Below are positions 1-18,773 of a DNA stretch of 64,000 bases, piece by piece. Each line of letters opens with the position of its first letter. Position 1 is the stretch's first letter. The notes under the pieces were generated by a model. That model was not told the DNA's origin and searched no databases. It worked only from the letters and a program-made list of their open reading frames with translations. This DNA is from the human T2T-CHM13v2.0 reference genome, Homo sapiens. Made by a program: the position numbers and the translations under genes. Location of the stretch: NCBI RefSeq assembly GCF_009914755.1, contig NC_060947.1. One strand, written 5' to 3'.

Positions 1-419
1 CAGGAGAATTGCCCCAATTCCTATACTCTGGATCACATGCCAGTCTTCCTCACTAGCGGTCTTGCTTTCTTGGATATTCTTTCCTTCCTTCAGTCCCATT
101 TTTATGTGTAATTCCTTAAACCACACCCCAGAGTCTTAGATTCTTATCACATACATTTCAGTTTTACTGGATTTGACTTTTTGAAAATCCGTTGGTTGCC
201 TCACTTCTGTTCTTCCTAGCACTCTTGCACTTTATTCTTTCTTTTGTTCTCACCTTCTCACTCTAAGGTACCAACAAACTCTCATCTACAACCAGCCTCA
301 CCTCCTGTTGCCTTTGTAAGTATCACCTTCAGATTCCTCACTCCTCTCCACCTTCCCATGGCCTAGTACCTCTCTCCCATCTTCTGACTTTATGGTCACT
401 ATCACTTAGCATTTCTTCT

Positions 420-3400
420 TTTAAAATCCATTTTATTAAGGTAGAATTTACACAAAATGAAATGTATTTATTTTAAGTGGACAGTTTGATGAGTTTTGAT
501 AAAGATATACACCAGTGTAACCACCACCCCTATTGTGATATATACCATTCCTTCACACAGAATGCTCCCTCATGCCCCTTGCAGTCAGTACACACAGCCC
601 CAGGCAACCACTGACATGCTTTTTGTCACTCTAGATTAGATCTGTCTTTATTAGGGTTTTATATAAATGGAATAATACCTTACATACTCTTTTGGGTCTG
701 GCTTCATTTGTTCAGCATAATCATTTTGCAATTCATCCATGTTATTAAGTATATCTCTGGTTTATTCCTTTTGAATGACAAATAGTATTTCATGGAATGA
801 ATATATTACTATTCATTAATCTCTACACCTATTGATGGATAGATGGTTAATATTTGGTTATTATGAATGAAGCTGCAGTGAACATTCTCGTATGTCTTTG
901 TGTGAACATACGTTTACATTTTTCTTGGGTAAATACCTAAGATTGGAACTGCTAGGTCATGTAATAAGTGTATACTTACCTTTGTAAGAAATTGCCAAAC
1001 TGTATTCCAAATTGGCTGTACCACTTTACATTCCCAGCAGCAATACATAAGGATTCCTCTTGCTCTACATCCTCGTCAACACTTGTTATCATCAAACTCT
1101 TTTATTTTTGCTATTGTAGCGGATATTATAATTTAAAGTTGCATTTCTCTTATGAGAATAATGATGTTAAGCATCTTTTTATGTGCTTATTGACCATTTG
1201 TACATTTTTTGGTGTGAAATATCTACTCAGATATCTTTCTCATTTTTTAATCAGGTTGTTTGTCTTCTTATTAGTGAGTTTTAATATATTTACTGGATAC
1301 AACTCCTTTGCCAGATATATGTATTGCTAATATTTTGTTCCAATCTGTGGCTTGAAATTTCATTTTCTTTTTGGTGCCCATCAAAGAGCAAACATTTTAA
1401 TTTGATGAAGTCCAATTTATCATCTGTTTTATTGTTAGTACCTTTTGCGATCTGTTTAAGAAATCTTTGCCTACCACAAGGCACAAAGATTTTCTCATAC
1501 TTTCTTCTATAAGTTTTATCATTTTAACTTTTTCAGTTAGGTCTGTGATTCATTTTTCAATACTGATATCTAATTGTTCCAGAAACATTTGTTGAAGGGG
1601 CTTTCTTTTTCCTATTGAATTTCCTTGGTATGTTTATCAAAATCAATTGACTTTATGTGTATGAGCCTGTATCTGGTCTCTCATTTCTGTTCAATTAATC
1701 TATTTGTCTGTCTGCTTTAAAAGATAGGTTTTATTATTATTTAGGTTCGATGAAGCCAACAGATCAGGAGACAACTGCCATTGGAAAGACAGTTTGTTAT
1801 AATTCCCAAGAGGCGGGGGTATACCACACCATACAGGGCCATGCATACCACACATGTGGAAGCACCAAGGTCAGTTGGGATCTAGAAGGAGTGAGGGGAA
1901 AGCATAGGCCAGAGCCTTTATTTAGGTTTTGTGGGAAGGAATGGACTAGGCAAGGTCAGAAGGCTAGGCAGATTTAAGATTGGCTAGTTTGGATAATTCC
2001 ACTGGGCTCTAGGGTATAGGGACTCTCCCCAGTTGCTTGGTACCTGGCCCTGGGGTGATTAGAGCAGGGGGATAGTGGCTCAACCTGTGAGAGCTCAATA
2101 AAAGAGGCAGTTGTGGGTATGGGCTGTGTATTGGCTGCTTTGCATATGAAAGGCATCCTCAAGGTCAAGTTATTTCCTAATCTCTAGAATTAGCTATCAC
2201 TGGGAGGGGGCAGTCTCTCCAGGATCAGTTAAGCCCCAGATGCCAGAACATCAAGGGTACAGAAAATAAGAAAATATAGTTAATACGTTATCCTTTTAGC
2301 AAACCCATACTATCTTTATTACTGTAGTTTTTACAGTAAATCTTCAATCAGGGAGTATAAGTCCTTCAACTTTGCTTTTTAAAAATTACTTTGCTCTTCT
2401 AGGTCATTTGCATTTTCATATACATTTTATAATCAGTTTGTACTTTTTACAAAAAAGCCTACTGGGATTTTGTTTGGAGTTCAGTTAACTCTGTAGATCA
2501 ATTTTAGGAGAATTGACATCTTAACAATATTGAGCCTTCTAACCCATGAACATGGCATATTTCTGCAATTATTTAGTTCTTTAATTTCATTTAGCAGAAT
2601 TGTATAGTTTTCAGCATAGAGGTCATAGGAAACCTTCATTAAGTTTATCCCTAAGTACTTGATGTTTTTGATTCTGTTTTACGTGGCATTGTTTTAGTTT
2701 TATTTTTTGATTTTCATTGCTAATATAAAGTTTTTTAAATTTTATTTTTAGATTGTTTATTGCTAGTATAAGTTGCTAGTGATTGATTTTTGTGCATTAA
2801 CTTTGTATCCTGAGGCACTGCTAAATCTACCTATTAGTTTTCTTGTAAGTTCCTCAGGATTTTTCATATAAGTAATCATTATCACCTAAAAATAGGGACA
2901 CTTTTACATCTTCCTTTCCAAACTCATGTTTTAATTTCTTTTCATTATTTTACTGTCTAAGACTTTCAGTTCAGTGTTGAATGGAAGGGGTGAGTGTGGG
3001 CATGTTTGTCTTGGTTCTGATATTGTGGGCAAAAACTTCAGTCTTTCACCATTAAGTTATGATATTAGCTGTAGGTTTTCTGTACCTGCCCTTTAACAGG
3101 CTGTGTAAGTTCCTTTCTAATCCTAGCTTGTTTCATAGTTTTTTTTTTTTAAATCATGATTGAGTGTTGAATTTTGTCAAATGCTTTTTCTGCATCTATT
3201 GGAGAGATATTATATATATGAGCATTTTTTGTTCTGTTATTATGGTGAATTCATTGATTTTTAAATGTTGAATTAACCTTGTATTTCTGAGATAAATACT
3301 AGTTGATTATGACGTATTAGCTTTATTATATATTGTTGGACTCTAGTTACTGATATTTGACTTAAAAGTTTGCGTTTTTCATGAGTGATTTGGTTCATGG

Positions 3401-3900
3401 TTTTCTTTTTTTTCAATGTCTTTGTCATGTTTTGATATTATGGTTATACTGGCTACTAAAATGAGTTATGAAGTGTTCCCTTCTCTATTTTCTGAAATAC
3501 TTTGTGTGAGATTATTATTTCTTTTAATGTTTCATGGAATTAACCAAGAAAGCCATTTGGACCTAGAATTTTCTTGACAGGAAGGATTTAATGACAAACT
3601 TAATATTTTAAATAGATGTAGAGCTATTCAGATTTTTTGTTTCATCTTTTGCCAGACATAGTAAGTTGTACTTTTCAAGGAATTTTGTCTATTTCCTCTA
3701 TGTTGTCCAATTTAATCCTGTTGTGGTCTGAGAGCATACTCTTTATGATTTCAGCATATGGTCTACCTAGGGGAATGTTTTGTGTGTCCCTGCAAAGAAT
3801 GTATGTTCAGTTGTTGATGGGTACAGTGTTCTATAATCTATAACTCAGGTTGGTTCCATGTTGTTGAAATCTTCTAATGCCTTACTAATTTGTCTTCTAC
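420..3900 (-). mobile_element. Old L1M (L1ME/MC-type) 3' end and ORF2, antisense, interrupted by MER68
   Basis: Antisense L1 3'UTR and ORF2 motifs (acagtttgatgagttttga; gggtaaatacctaag; ttacattcccagcagca; gatgaagtccaatttatc). Many stops. Boundaries approximate. Confidence 0.8.
1713..2287 (-). mobile_element. MER68 solo LTR (ERVL class)
   Basis: Reverse complement begins gtattaactatattttcttattttctg and ends ataataataaaacctatcttttaaagca, matching the recalled MER68 consensus; GC-richer than the flanking L1. Confidence 0.75.
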
Positions 3901-3934
3901 TTGTTCATTCAATTATTTGTAATTTGGGGGGGTT

Positions 3935-4310
3935 AAAACTGTCAAAGAGATTTAAAAATTTATATGGATATGCAAAAGACCTAGAATGACCAACACAGTC
4001 TTGAGGAAGAAGAAAAAGTACGGAGGATTGACACTACCAAATGTTAAGATTTACTTTAAAGCTATAGCAATCTGGACAGTATGTTATTGGTGTAAAGACA
4101 CACTAATATATAAATGGAACAGAAGGGAAAGACTAAAAATAGACCCATTAATATATAGACAACTGATTTTTGACAAAGGTGCCAATGTAATTTGAAGGGA
4201 GAAATGAAAGTCTTTTCAAATTGTGCTGGAACAAATGGATGTCAGTATTGGGGGAAAAATTCATACTTTGACCCATACTTCACATCCTATACAAAAATTA
4301 ACTCAAGTTC
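3935..4310 (+). mobile_element. Old L1M ORF2 fragment, sense
   Basis: ORF 3986-4195 (GGLTLPNVKIYFKA...WYWCKD-like...QLIFDKGA) is homologous to L1 ORF2 [14 protein letters not shown]...LIFDK. Confidence 0.85.
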
Positions 4311-5059
4311 TAGTATTATAGAATTGTTTATATTGAAATAACCTGCCAGACAGATAAAAAATTGTTAACCCTGGAAAGCATATTTTTAAAACTAGCTACT
4401 GAAGATGCTGGAAAGTGATCAAAAGAACATTTTTCTGCTCCATCATATTTTGAGTAATTTGGATTGCGTCCTGAACATTATCAATGTTTATGGTAACATG
4501 GTATTCTGTTATATTGTTCTGAAGAATGTCAGTGTTCTTATCACAGCAGGCAATTAACTAGGTTAGATTGACACTGGAAATGCTGTCTCACCTAAGGCGA
4601 GTGGCAACTCAGGTGCACTTCAGCCCTGCTTTAATTTTGCTCTACCCATGCAAAGTTGAGGGGTCAGCCAGAGACTTAGGCAGATTTTATACACAGAATT
4701 AGGAATTTGCTTTTTTTGATTCTTTCTTTTTGAGTTGCCCCCTTAATCTCTAGTGGCCCCGGGTACCCAGGCCTTCTTCCCCTGATTCCTCTCGCAAAAG
4801 GATTACAAGCTTTTATGAGAATTTTAGCTGCTCCACATTGCTGCTAGGAGTGCAGCTACTCTCAACAGAAACCCGAGAAAAGGGGAACTCACTACGTGCT
4901 AGTCACTTCCTCTAACTTTTGACCCCCCTACAAAATCTGCCTGCTTTTGTTTTTTTATTTTTGTTTGTTTTTTTATTTTTGTTTGTTTTTCTAGAGATTA
5001 CATTTACTATCTGTAGAAGGGTCTTTTTCAGAAGCTTACTTCTCCATACTGGAAGTAGA

Positions 5060-6075
5060 ACTCTTACCATTGATTCTTGTACATTGACCTTGTATTCCGA
5101 GACTTTGCTACATTTTGCTTATTAATTCTAGTGGGTCTTTTTGTGAATAAATACCATAAAACTTTCTGCAAACATTATCATGCCTTTCTGTCATTTCCTT
5201 TTTGGTCTATATGCTGTTTATTTTTATTTTATCTTGTTCCCAATCTGAAGGCAAAAACTTTCAGTCTTTCACCATTAGGTGTATTAGCTGTGATTTTTCT
5301 TAGATGCTCTTTATTAATTTGTGGCAATTTCTTTCTATTCCTAGTTTGATGAGAGTCTTAAACATGAATTGATGTTGAATTTTCTAAATGCCAAATGCTT
5401 TTTATGTATTTATTGAAAAGTGCATTTTATCCTACTAATATGGTGAATTTTTACTGATTTTTAGATGTCAAACTAAACTTACATTCCTGAGATAAACCTT
5501 ACTTCATCATGGTGTATTATCTTTTTATGTATTTCTTGATTTGATTCGCTAATATTTGGTAAGGATCTTAATCTCCATGTCTTTGAGAGAGATTGGTCTT
5601 TAGTTTTGTGGGCGGGGGGGGGTTCCCTTATAATATCTTTGATTTTGGTATCATGTTAATTCTAGCTTCATAAAATTAGTTTGGAAATTTCATGCCTGCT
5701 CTGTTTTCTGAAAGAGTTTGTGTAAACTTGCTATATTTGCTAGAATTTTTCAGTGTTCACGTCTCTTGTGATTTTGTGTAAGATTACTTTAAATTTCTTT
5801 TTCTTAAATATGTGATAAAATTCACCAGTGAACTCATCTGGGTCATCTGAAGTTTTCTTTGTGGGACTGTCTTTAATTTCAAATTCAGTTTCTTTAATAT
5901 AGGAATATTCAGATTTTTTATTTCTTCTTGTTTTAATAATTTGTTCCTTCAAGGAGTTCGTGTATTCCATCTAAGATGTCAATATTTCGACATAAGTTTT
6001 TTTCATTAATACTTCTGTGTTGTCACTTTAATGTCTTGTATCTTCGCCAATGTACTCTCTTTCTCTGAAGTTGAT
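5060..6075 (-). mobile_element. Old L1M ORF2 fragment, antisense
   Basis: ORF 5740-5970 (PTKKTSDDPDEFTGEFYHIFK) is homologous to L1 ORF2 PTKKSPGPDGFTAEFYQ. Confidence 0.8.
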
Positions 6076-6622
6076 AAAATTTCAATTCAACAGGAATATA
6101 TATATATAAACCTAATTTTCTATGTACTTAATAACATAGCCTCAAAATATATAGTAAACACTGGCAGTATTAAAAGGAGAAGTAGACAAAATGCACAATC
6201 ATAGTTGGAGATTTTAACACACCTATTTCTCTAACTGTTGTAACAAGCACACAAAAGAATCCCTAAAGAGGTAGAAGACTAGAACATGATAAACCAATAT
6301 GATGTAATCGACATACATAGGTTACTACATCCAACAACTACAGAATACACATTCTTTTCAAGTATACATGGCACACTCACCAGAATAGACTATTTTGGGA
6401 TATAAAGCTGTTTGCATCAAATTTCAAAGGATTGAAGTCATAGACTGTATGTTCTCTAACCACTGTTAAATTAAAACTCTGAATAGAAAAACAATTAAAA
6501 AATATCTAAATGTTTGAAAAGTAAGCAACACACATCCAAATATCCCATAAGTCAAAAAAGATATCACAATGAAAATGTATTGAGTGAAGTGATAGTGAAA
6601 ATCGACACATCAGAACTTGTGG

Positions 6623-11402
<4,780 letters not shown>

Positions 11403-13354
11403 TTGGCCATATAAGTTTGCACCTCAGGACATACAAAAGTGAAAACTACCAAAGCCAAAATTTGCTTCTTTGAAAGATTAACACAATTGATAAATTTAGC
11501 AAGCTCAATCAAGGAGGAGAAAGAAAACACAGATTATCAATGCCATAAATGAGAAAAGAAACATCATTACAAATCTTACAGGCCTTAAAAGGATACTAAG
11601 AAAATATTATGACCAACTTTATCCCCCAACATTTGATAACCAAAATGAAATGAACAGTCTTAGAAAAACAGAAATTACCAGAAATGTCACAAGAAAAAAA
11701 GGTCAAAATCTTAGTAGTATTTCTATCTATTAAAGAAATTGAACTTATAATTTAAAACCTATCCACAAACAAAGCTCTCAACCCACATGGCTTCATTGGT
11801 GAACTCTGGTCTTTTAGAGAAGAAATAATACCAATATTATTCATGTTCTTTTGAAGGAAATAAAGAGAGAATACTTCATATCTCATATGATAGTAAATTG
11901 AACTATATTAGAATAAAGAATTACTCTTCTTTGAAAGACATCATTAAGAAAGTTAATAGGGAAGCCACAAGCTGGGAGAAGATATTTGCAATACATATAT
12001 TTGACAAATGACTTTATATTCAGAATATATAAAGAACTCTCACAAATCAATAGAGAAAAAAATAGATAAAAGACACAGGCACTTGAAAAAAGAGGTATTC
12101 AAATGGGCATTATATATATGAGAAGGTGCTAAAGATCATTACTCATCAGAGAAATGTAAATTAAAACCACAATGTGGCAGCCCTACACACATACATACAT
12201 ACAAAAAAAAGGGCTAAAATTTAAGACTGACAATTATCAAATGTTGATGAGTATTTAGAGCAACTGGAATTCACATTCATTGATGGTAGGAGTGTAAATT
12301 CTTTCAACCACTTTGGAAGATAGGCATTACCTACTAACACTAAATGTACACCAATTCTGTGGCCCAGTAGTGCCACTCCTAGGCATATATTTAAGAGAAA
12401 CAAGCAAATATATTCACTAAAAGAAATGTACAAGAATGCTCATACCAGCTTTAGCGTAATTGCTCAAAATTTGAAACCACTCAAATGTCCATCAGTGGGA
12501 GAATAGATGAGCATTATGCTATATTCTTGCAATGTGATACTACACAACAATGAAAAGAATGAACTGCTGTTACAAGAACTTGGGCGAACCTCAAAAAATT
12601 TGTTGAACAAAAGAAGCCAGACATGCAAATGGGTATATGCTATATGATTCAATTTACATAAAGTTCAAGCAAGGACAAGCAAAACTAATCTATGATTGTG
12701 ATAATATTGATAAGTGATTGGCAATCTATGGTCAGAATGGTGGTTACCGCTGAGAGTCAATTATTGACAGGAAAGGGCCACCAGAGAACTTTCTGGGATA
12801 ATTAAAATGTTTTCTACTTTCATCTGAGTTGTGGTTACATGGGTGTATACATATGAGTATTGGAGTTCAGCTTTATAGCTAAGATCTATACTATATAGCT
12901 TTGCATACATTCATTGAGCTTTACAGTTAATATCTACACTTTACTATATATAAATTATACCTCAATAAAAAATAATTAGCCTGTGAGATTATTCCTCAGG
13001 TATGTTTATATAGAATTGGTATTGGTTGATCATTGGATCATATGTGCAATCCACAAGTGTGCCTATTTTACCACATTTATGCCAACACTCAGCATCGTTC
13101 AGATTTCTTATCTTGTGGCCAATATAATGGATGTAAAGTGGTATTGTGTTATCTTCCCCCCTTTCTAGTATCTGCTGTCCATTTAGGTTTCCCCTTTGTT
13201 AATTGCTTGTTCCTATTTTGTCTCATGTACTTTTCATAGAGGCTTTTTTCCCACTAAGATGCACTAGCTAGGGGTACCATTTCTGTCTTCAGGATATCTG
13301 TTCTAATAGTAATTAACTTAAAGGGGTCTTCCATTTGGAACACTTAAGGTTTTT

Positions 13355-14488
<1,134 letters not shown>

Positions 14489-16449
14489 AACACTTAAGGT
14501 TTTTATTTGTATTCTGATGACTTCCATGTTGACACCACTAGGTGCTGTATTATAATAGTGCTCTAGTACTTACTTACCTGCATACCACACAATTCCCATT
14601 GAATATTCTACTTTATTCATCCTCAATATGGGAGGAATTGGGATCATCATTACCCAAATCAGGAATCCTCACATTCCAAATTTTGTCAGATTCTGCTGTT
14701 TCTTGTTTCTTCCCTCTTAGCTGTCTTTTCTTACTACTGCAATTCCTATTTTTTCTTTTTTAAAGAATGCTACTTAGTCTCTCATCTAGTTCCAGTAACA
14801 TCACTCCAAAACAGGTCTGTATTTTCTTATGCTTGGATTATTCTGTTCCTAATGGAAGCTGCAGATTCCATTCTTGTTTCTAGTTAATCTTTGAAATGCT
14901 ACTGATAGATTTCATTACCTAAGACATTGCATTTATCTTTGCCATTAGCTTCATGAAGTAGTCTTACAGTTACTCCATATTATATAACACATGACCAATA
15001 ACTTTTCTCTCAGTGCCATCTATAAGATTACCATTATTCCCAGTTTAAAATTTTATCTGTACGGTTTCCTTAATTTATGCTTACTTCAAATTGTTTGCCT
15101 GGTCTTTAATGCCTGTCATATATGAAGTGTGTCTGTGTATCTGGGCTTTTTATTATTTTGTGCTCTGCCGTCCAGGTAATAGACATTTTCCTTTTGTGTT
15201 CAGGCTTTCATCTATTCCATGAAATGGCCCTTACCTACTCCAGATTTATTACTCCATTATTTATTATTCTTCCCTATTTCTGTTTCCCCATGTCCCAGAT
15301 GCTTTTGCCCCCAGTAATTTTTGAAAGTCTCTGAAAGTAAGAGCTCGTATCTTATTTTCATCATTCAAATGTTGAGCATGAAGAAAATACTTACCAATAT
15401 TAACTAATTGAATTTGTGGGGGATAAGAATAGAATTTTGCTGTGTTTTAGAGGGATTTTAAAAAATTATACTGAGAGGAATTCAACGAAGATTGTTATTG
15501 GAAAGTAAACACAATGGCACCAAATATTTAAAAGTTTACCCTCTTACACATTGTGTTTCTGTTATAATTAGGAGTCTATTACAGGGATTAGCAAAATGAA
15601 TAGCATAGAGAGTGCCTGCTTTTGACATTCAGAAGAAAAAAACTTACTAGCAATATAATTAGATTAGTTTTCTAAGTAAAAATTCTTAATCTGCTTGATG
15701 AAGCACACATACCTTTTTTAATGGCATAAAAGAAAATGCTAAGCAGGCTTAATGGGGAAAGAGGACATGAATATGTCCTTTGATTTGAAAATAAACTGGA
15801 CTCTTTTGAGGCATCTTTGTGTGTGACAAGTAGAATGTAAGCTCACGTGAGCAGCTCTTTTTTCTAGAGTGATGACTCTTCATTTACGTACTCTTCATAG
15901 AATCGGGGGCTCAGGAGAGGTATAAAGAAGCTTTTTATTGCAGGAGCAAATTTTTTATGATGAACATTGGTACTAGTGACATAAAAAATAATTGTCTGGT
16001 ACAGCAAGGGATTTATAATTTAAATAAAGTAAAAAGTAGAACTGCTTCTGAAGCCATGCCTAGGAATCCAGTGCTTAGTATCTCCAGAATAAATTAAAGC
16101 CAGATGTGTGAGAATACAAATGCAACCTAAGAATAGGAGGATGAGATTTTGGATGGGACATGTGTCTGAAGTACAGTATCAAACCGACTAAAAGGGGATA
16201 AGTGGATTTGATGACTCAGAGCATTCTCAGTATCTAAAAATCTCTTATTGAAAAAGTCAGTGGTATAATTTATTCATGTTAAAATTATTTATCAGTAATC
16301 TAGTATGTCTCATGCACTGTACTAGGAATGGAAACATCTGTAATTCTCACTCTGGGCAAGAATAATGTATGAATTATACTAATGCTAATTTGTAGCAATA
16401 GATTGTCAAATATAGTGACTAAAATAGTAAGGAATTGTATTTCCCTCTT

Positions 16450-16830
16450 ATAGGAAACCTCATTGCTCATGATTGTTCAGGAATCCAAGCTCCTTCCAAC
16501 ACACATTACTCCACCATCTCTTAGGATTTTTGTGGGATCTGCGTGCTTGACTCTGTGTTTCTGCCAAGTTCAGGTTTTAGTAAGCAAGAAGGTAGAAGCG
16601 GGTGTGGAGAAAACATGCCTGTGGTCTCAGTGCTCCCATCTGAAAGTGGCACCATCATTTTCTCTCAAATTCTCTTGATGAGAACATTGTCACATGGCCA
16701 CACTAATTTCAAAGGAGGCTAAGAAATGCTCTATGACTGGGCATCCATATGCCTGGATGCTACTCTGTTAAATGCAAAAGAATGGGGAAACAGATTCTAG
16801 TGGGTAGCTTTCAGTCTCTACCAGAGATGA
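16450..16830 (-). mobile_element. Old MLT1 (J/K-like) LTR remnant
   Basis: gtcacatggccacactaatttcaaaggaggctaagaaatg is a characteristic antisense MLT1 motif; heavily diverged. Confidence 0.55.
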
Positions 16831-17102
16831 CTTGTCTTTTCTGCTATTTTTTTGTTAGATATATATATATATAATGTAGGTCCAAGAAAACAATTACATC
16901 TGGATGTAGAGTTGGAGTATAGACATCTATTTATTGTTTGTATAGGTTAGGATGGCTATGACTACAATATTTTTATAGACATGAATAAATTATTTTTATC
17001 ACATAAATTTTGGATGTTTGCTGATAAGCAAGATTAGTGAGGATTTAGAATTGAAAATGAGTATAAATAGCAGAGCATTTGTTATAACAGAAAAAAAAAG
17101 TT

Positions 17103-17385
17103 CTGCAATCCCAGCTACTCAGGAAGCTGAGGCAGGAGGATGGCTTGAGGCTAGGGGTTTGAGACCAGCCTGGGCAACATAGTGAGACCCCTTGTCTAAA
17201 AACAAATTATGTAAAAATTAGCTGGCTTGGTGGGGTATGGTCCCCAACACTTGGGAGGCTGAGGCAGGAGGATCATTTGAGCCCAAGAGTACAAGGCTGC
17301 CATGAGCTATGATTGTACCACTGCACTCCAGCAGCCTGGGTAACAGAGTGAGACTCTATTTCAAAAAGAATAAAGAAAAGAAAAA
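17103..17385 (+). mobile_element. AluJ, 5'-truncated
   Basis: ggaggatggcttgagg...gggcaacatagtgagacccc, both arms and A-rich tail. Confidence 0.9.
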
Positions 17386-18019
17386 TATGGAGAATTTTGT
17401 CATCAAGGTGAAGTAAAATTCATTCATTTATTGTATTTTGATCATATTCATTCTTCACTATGTATTGAGCCAGCTCCATGAAAGACAGTAATAGGACCAC
17501 TTAAATTTGTAGTTATCACCCCCTCTATTAAATTCAATAAACATTTTTTGTTATCTTTTACAAGCAGTGCTTGTTAGGAGAACAGTGTGGTGTCAACAAA
17601 GTAAGACATGCACCTTTAGTCCCTATGAAGAAAACCTTTAAGCACATAGCAAAGGACCTACCTATATTAGAAGCCCCACAGAATTAAAGAATTGAAACCC
17701 ATCGAGAAGAGTTGTTGCAGAGAGCAAGATTCAAAGTGTGAACACTCATCCTTGTCAATCAGGGTTCTCACTCTTAAACACAATGTCAGAAGTAAGCTGA
17801 TGGTTATATTTAATATTTAGGCAAGAAGATACATGTGTATGCATTTTTGGACTTGTACACATACCAGGATTCAATATAAGTATCATCTATTAGTGGAAAA
17901 AAAAAGAATTGAAAGCTAATGAGGACTTAAACTCCAAGCCTAGGCCCTCCTAGATCTTTCCCCTGAAAACTCTTTTATTATCAATCTTCTGTCCACCCTA
18001 CCTAATAGCCAAGCTTCCT

Positions 18020-18665
18020 ACCAAAATAGGACTAGACTGCTTATGTTGAATGCCAGCCTCCAACACTTAATAACCATGTTTTATGGCAAATTATGTAACT
18101 GTCATGAGCTTCACTTTTCTTATCTACAAAAGGTGGATAGTAATAATAGATACCTCATAGGACATCTGAAAGGATTAAATGAATTCATATGTACAGTCAT
18201 GTACCACATAATGATATTGAGTGACTTCAGATTGTAATGAAATTGAAAAATGGCTATCACCTACATACATCATGGCTATTGCTGCGTTGTAGTGCAATGC
18301 ATTACCTTTTCTATGTTTAGATATGTTTAAATACACAAATAGTTACTACTGTATTATAGTTGCCTACCGTATTCAGTACAGTCACATGCTATATGGGTTT
18401 GTAGCATAGGTGCAATATTCTATACCATATAGCCTAGATGTGTAGTAGGTTATACCATCTGGGTTTTTATAAGTACTGTATACTCTATGATGTTTGCACA
18501 ACAACGAAATTGCCTAATGACAGCTTTCTCAGACTGTACCCCTGTTGTCAAGCAATGTTTGACTGCATATATTTCTTAGAATGGTGCCTGGAATATTGTA
18601 AGTGTCGTGTAAGAGTTTGGCACATAAAAGTGCTATATATGTATTTCCTGTCATCATTGTCATCA
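18020..18665. mobile_element. MIR split by a Tigger3/MER7A-type element
   Basis: gagcttcacttttcttatctacaaaaggtggatagtaataatagatacctcatagg (MIR core) resumes after 18567 (cttagaatggtgcctgg). Confidence 0.65.
18194..18565. mobile_element. Tigger3a/MER7A-type MITE
   Basis: TIRs cagtcatg...gactg, TA at the left flank, internal tagatatgtttaaatacacaaat. Confidence 0.8.
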
Positions 18666-18744
18666 TGAGATTTACTGATTTCCATGTGTTCAATTTGTAT
18701 TAGCTTATGTGTACCTTTTAATCTCTTGCGGTCTATTGTTTGTG

Positions 18745-18773
18745 TCAATTTTACTTTTTCTTTCTCTTTTTAG
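18745..18773 (+). promoter_or_regulatory. 3' splice acceptor of the zinc-finger exon (polypyrimidine tract + AG)
   Basis: tcaattttactttttctttctcttttTAG immediately precedes the in-frame G|AT Asp codon. Confidence 0.9.

Noticed and set aside
18740-18773. N-terminal MCQFYFFFLFL of the 580-aa ORF
   Set aside because: Translation of the polypyrimidine tract from a TTG; the exon starts at 18774
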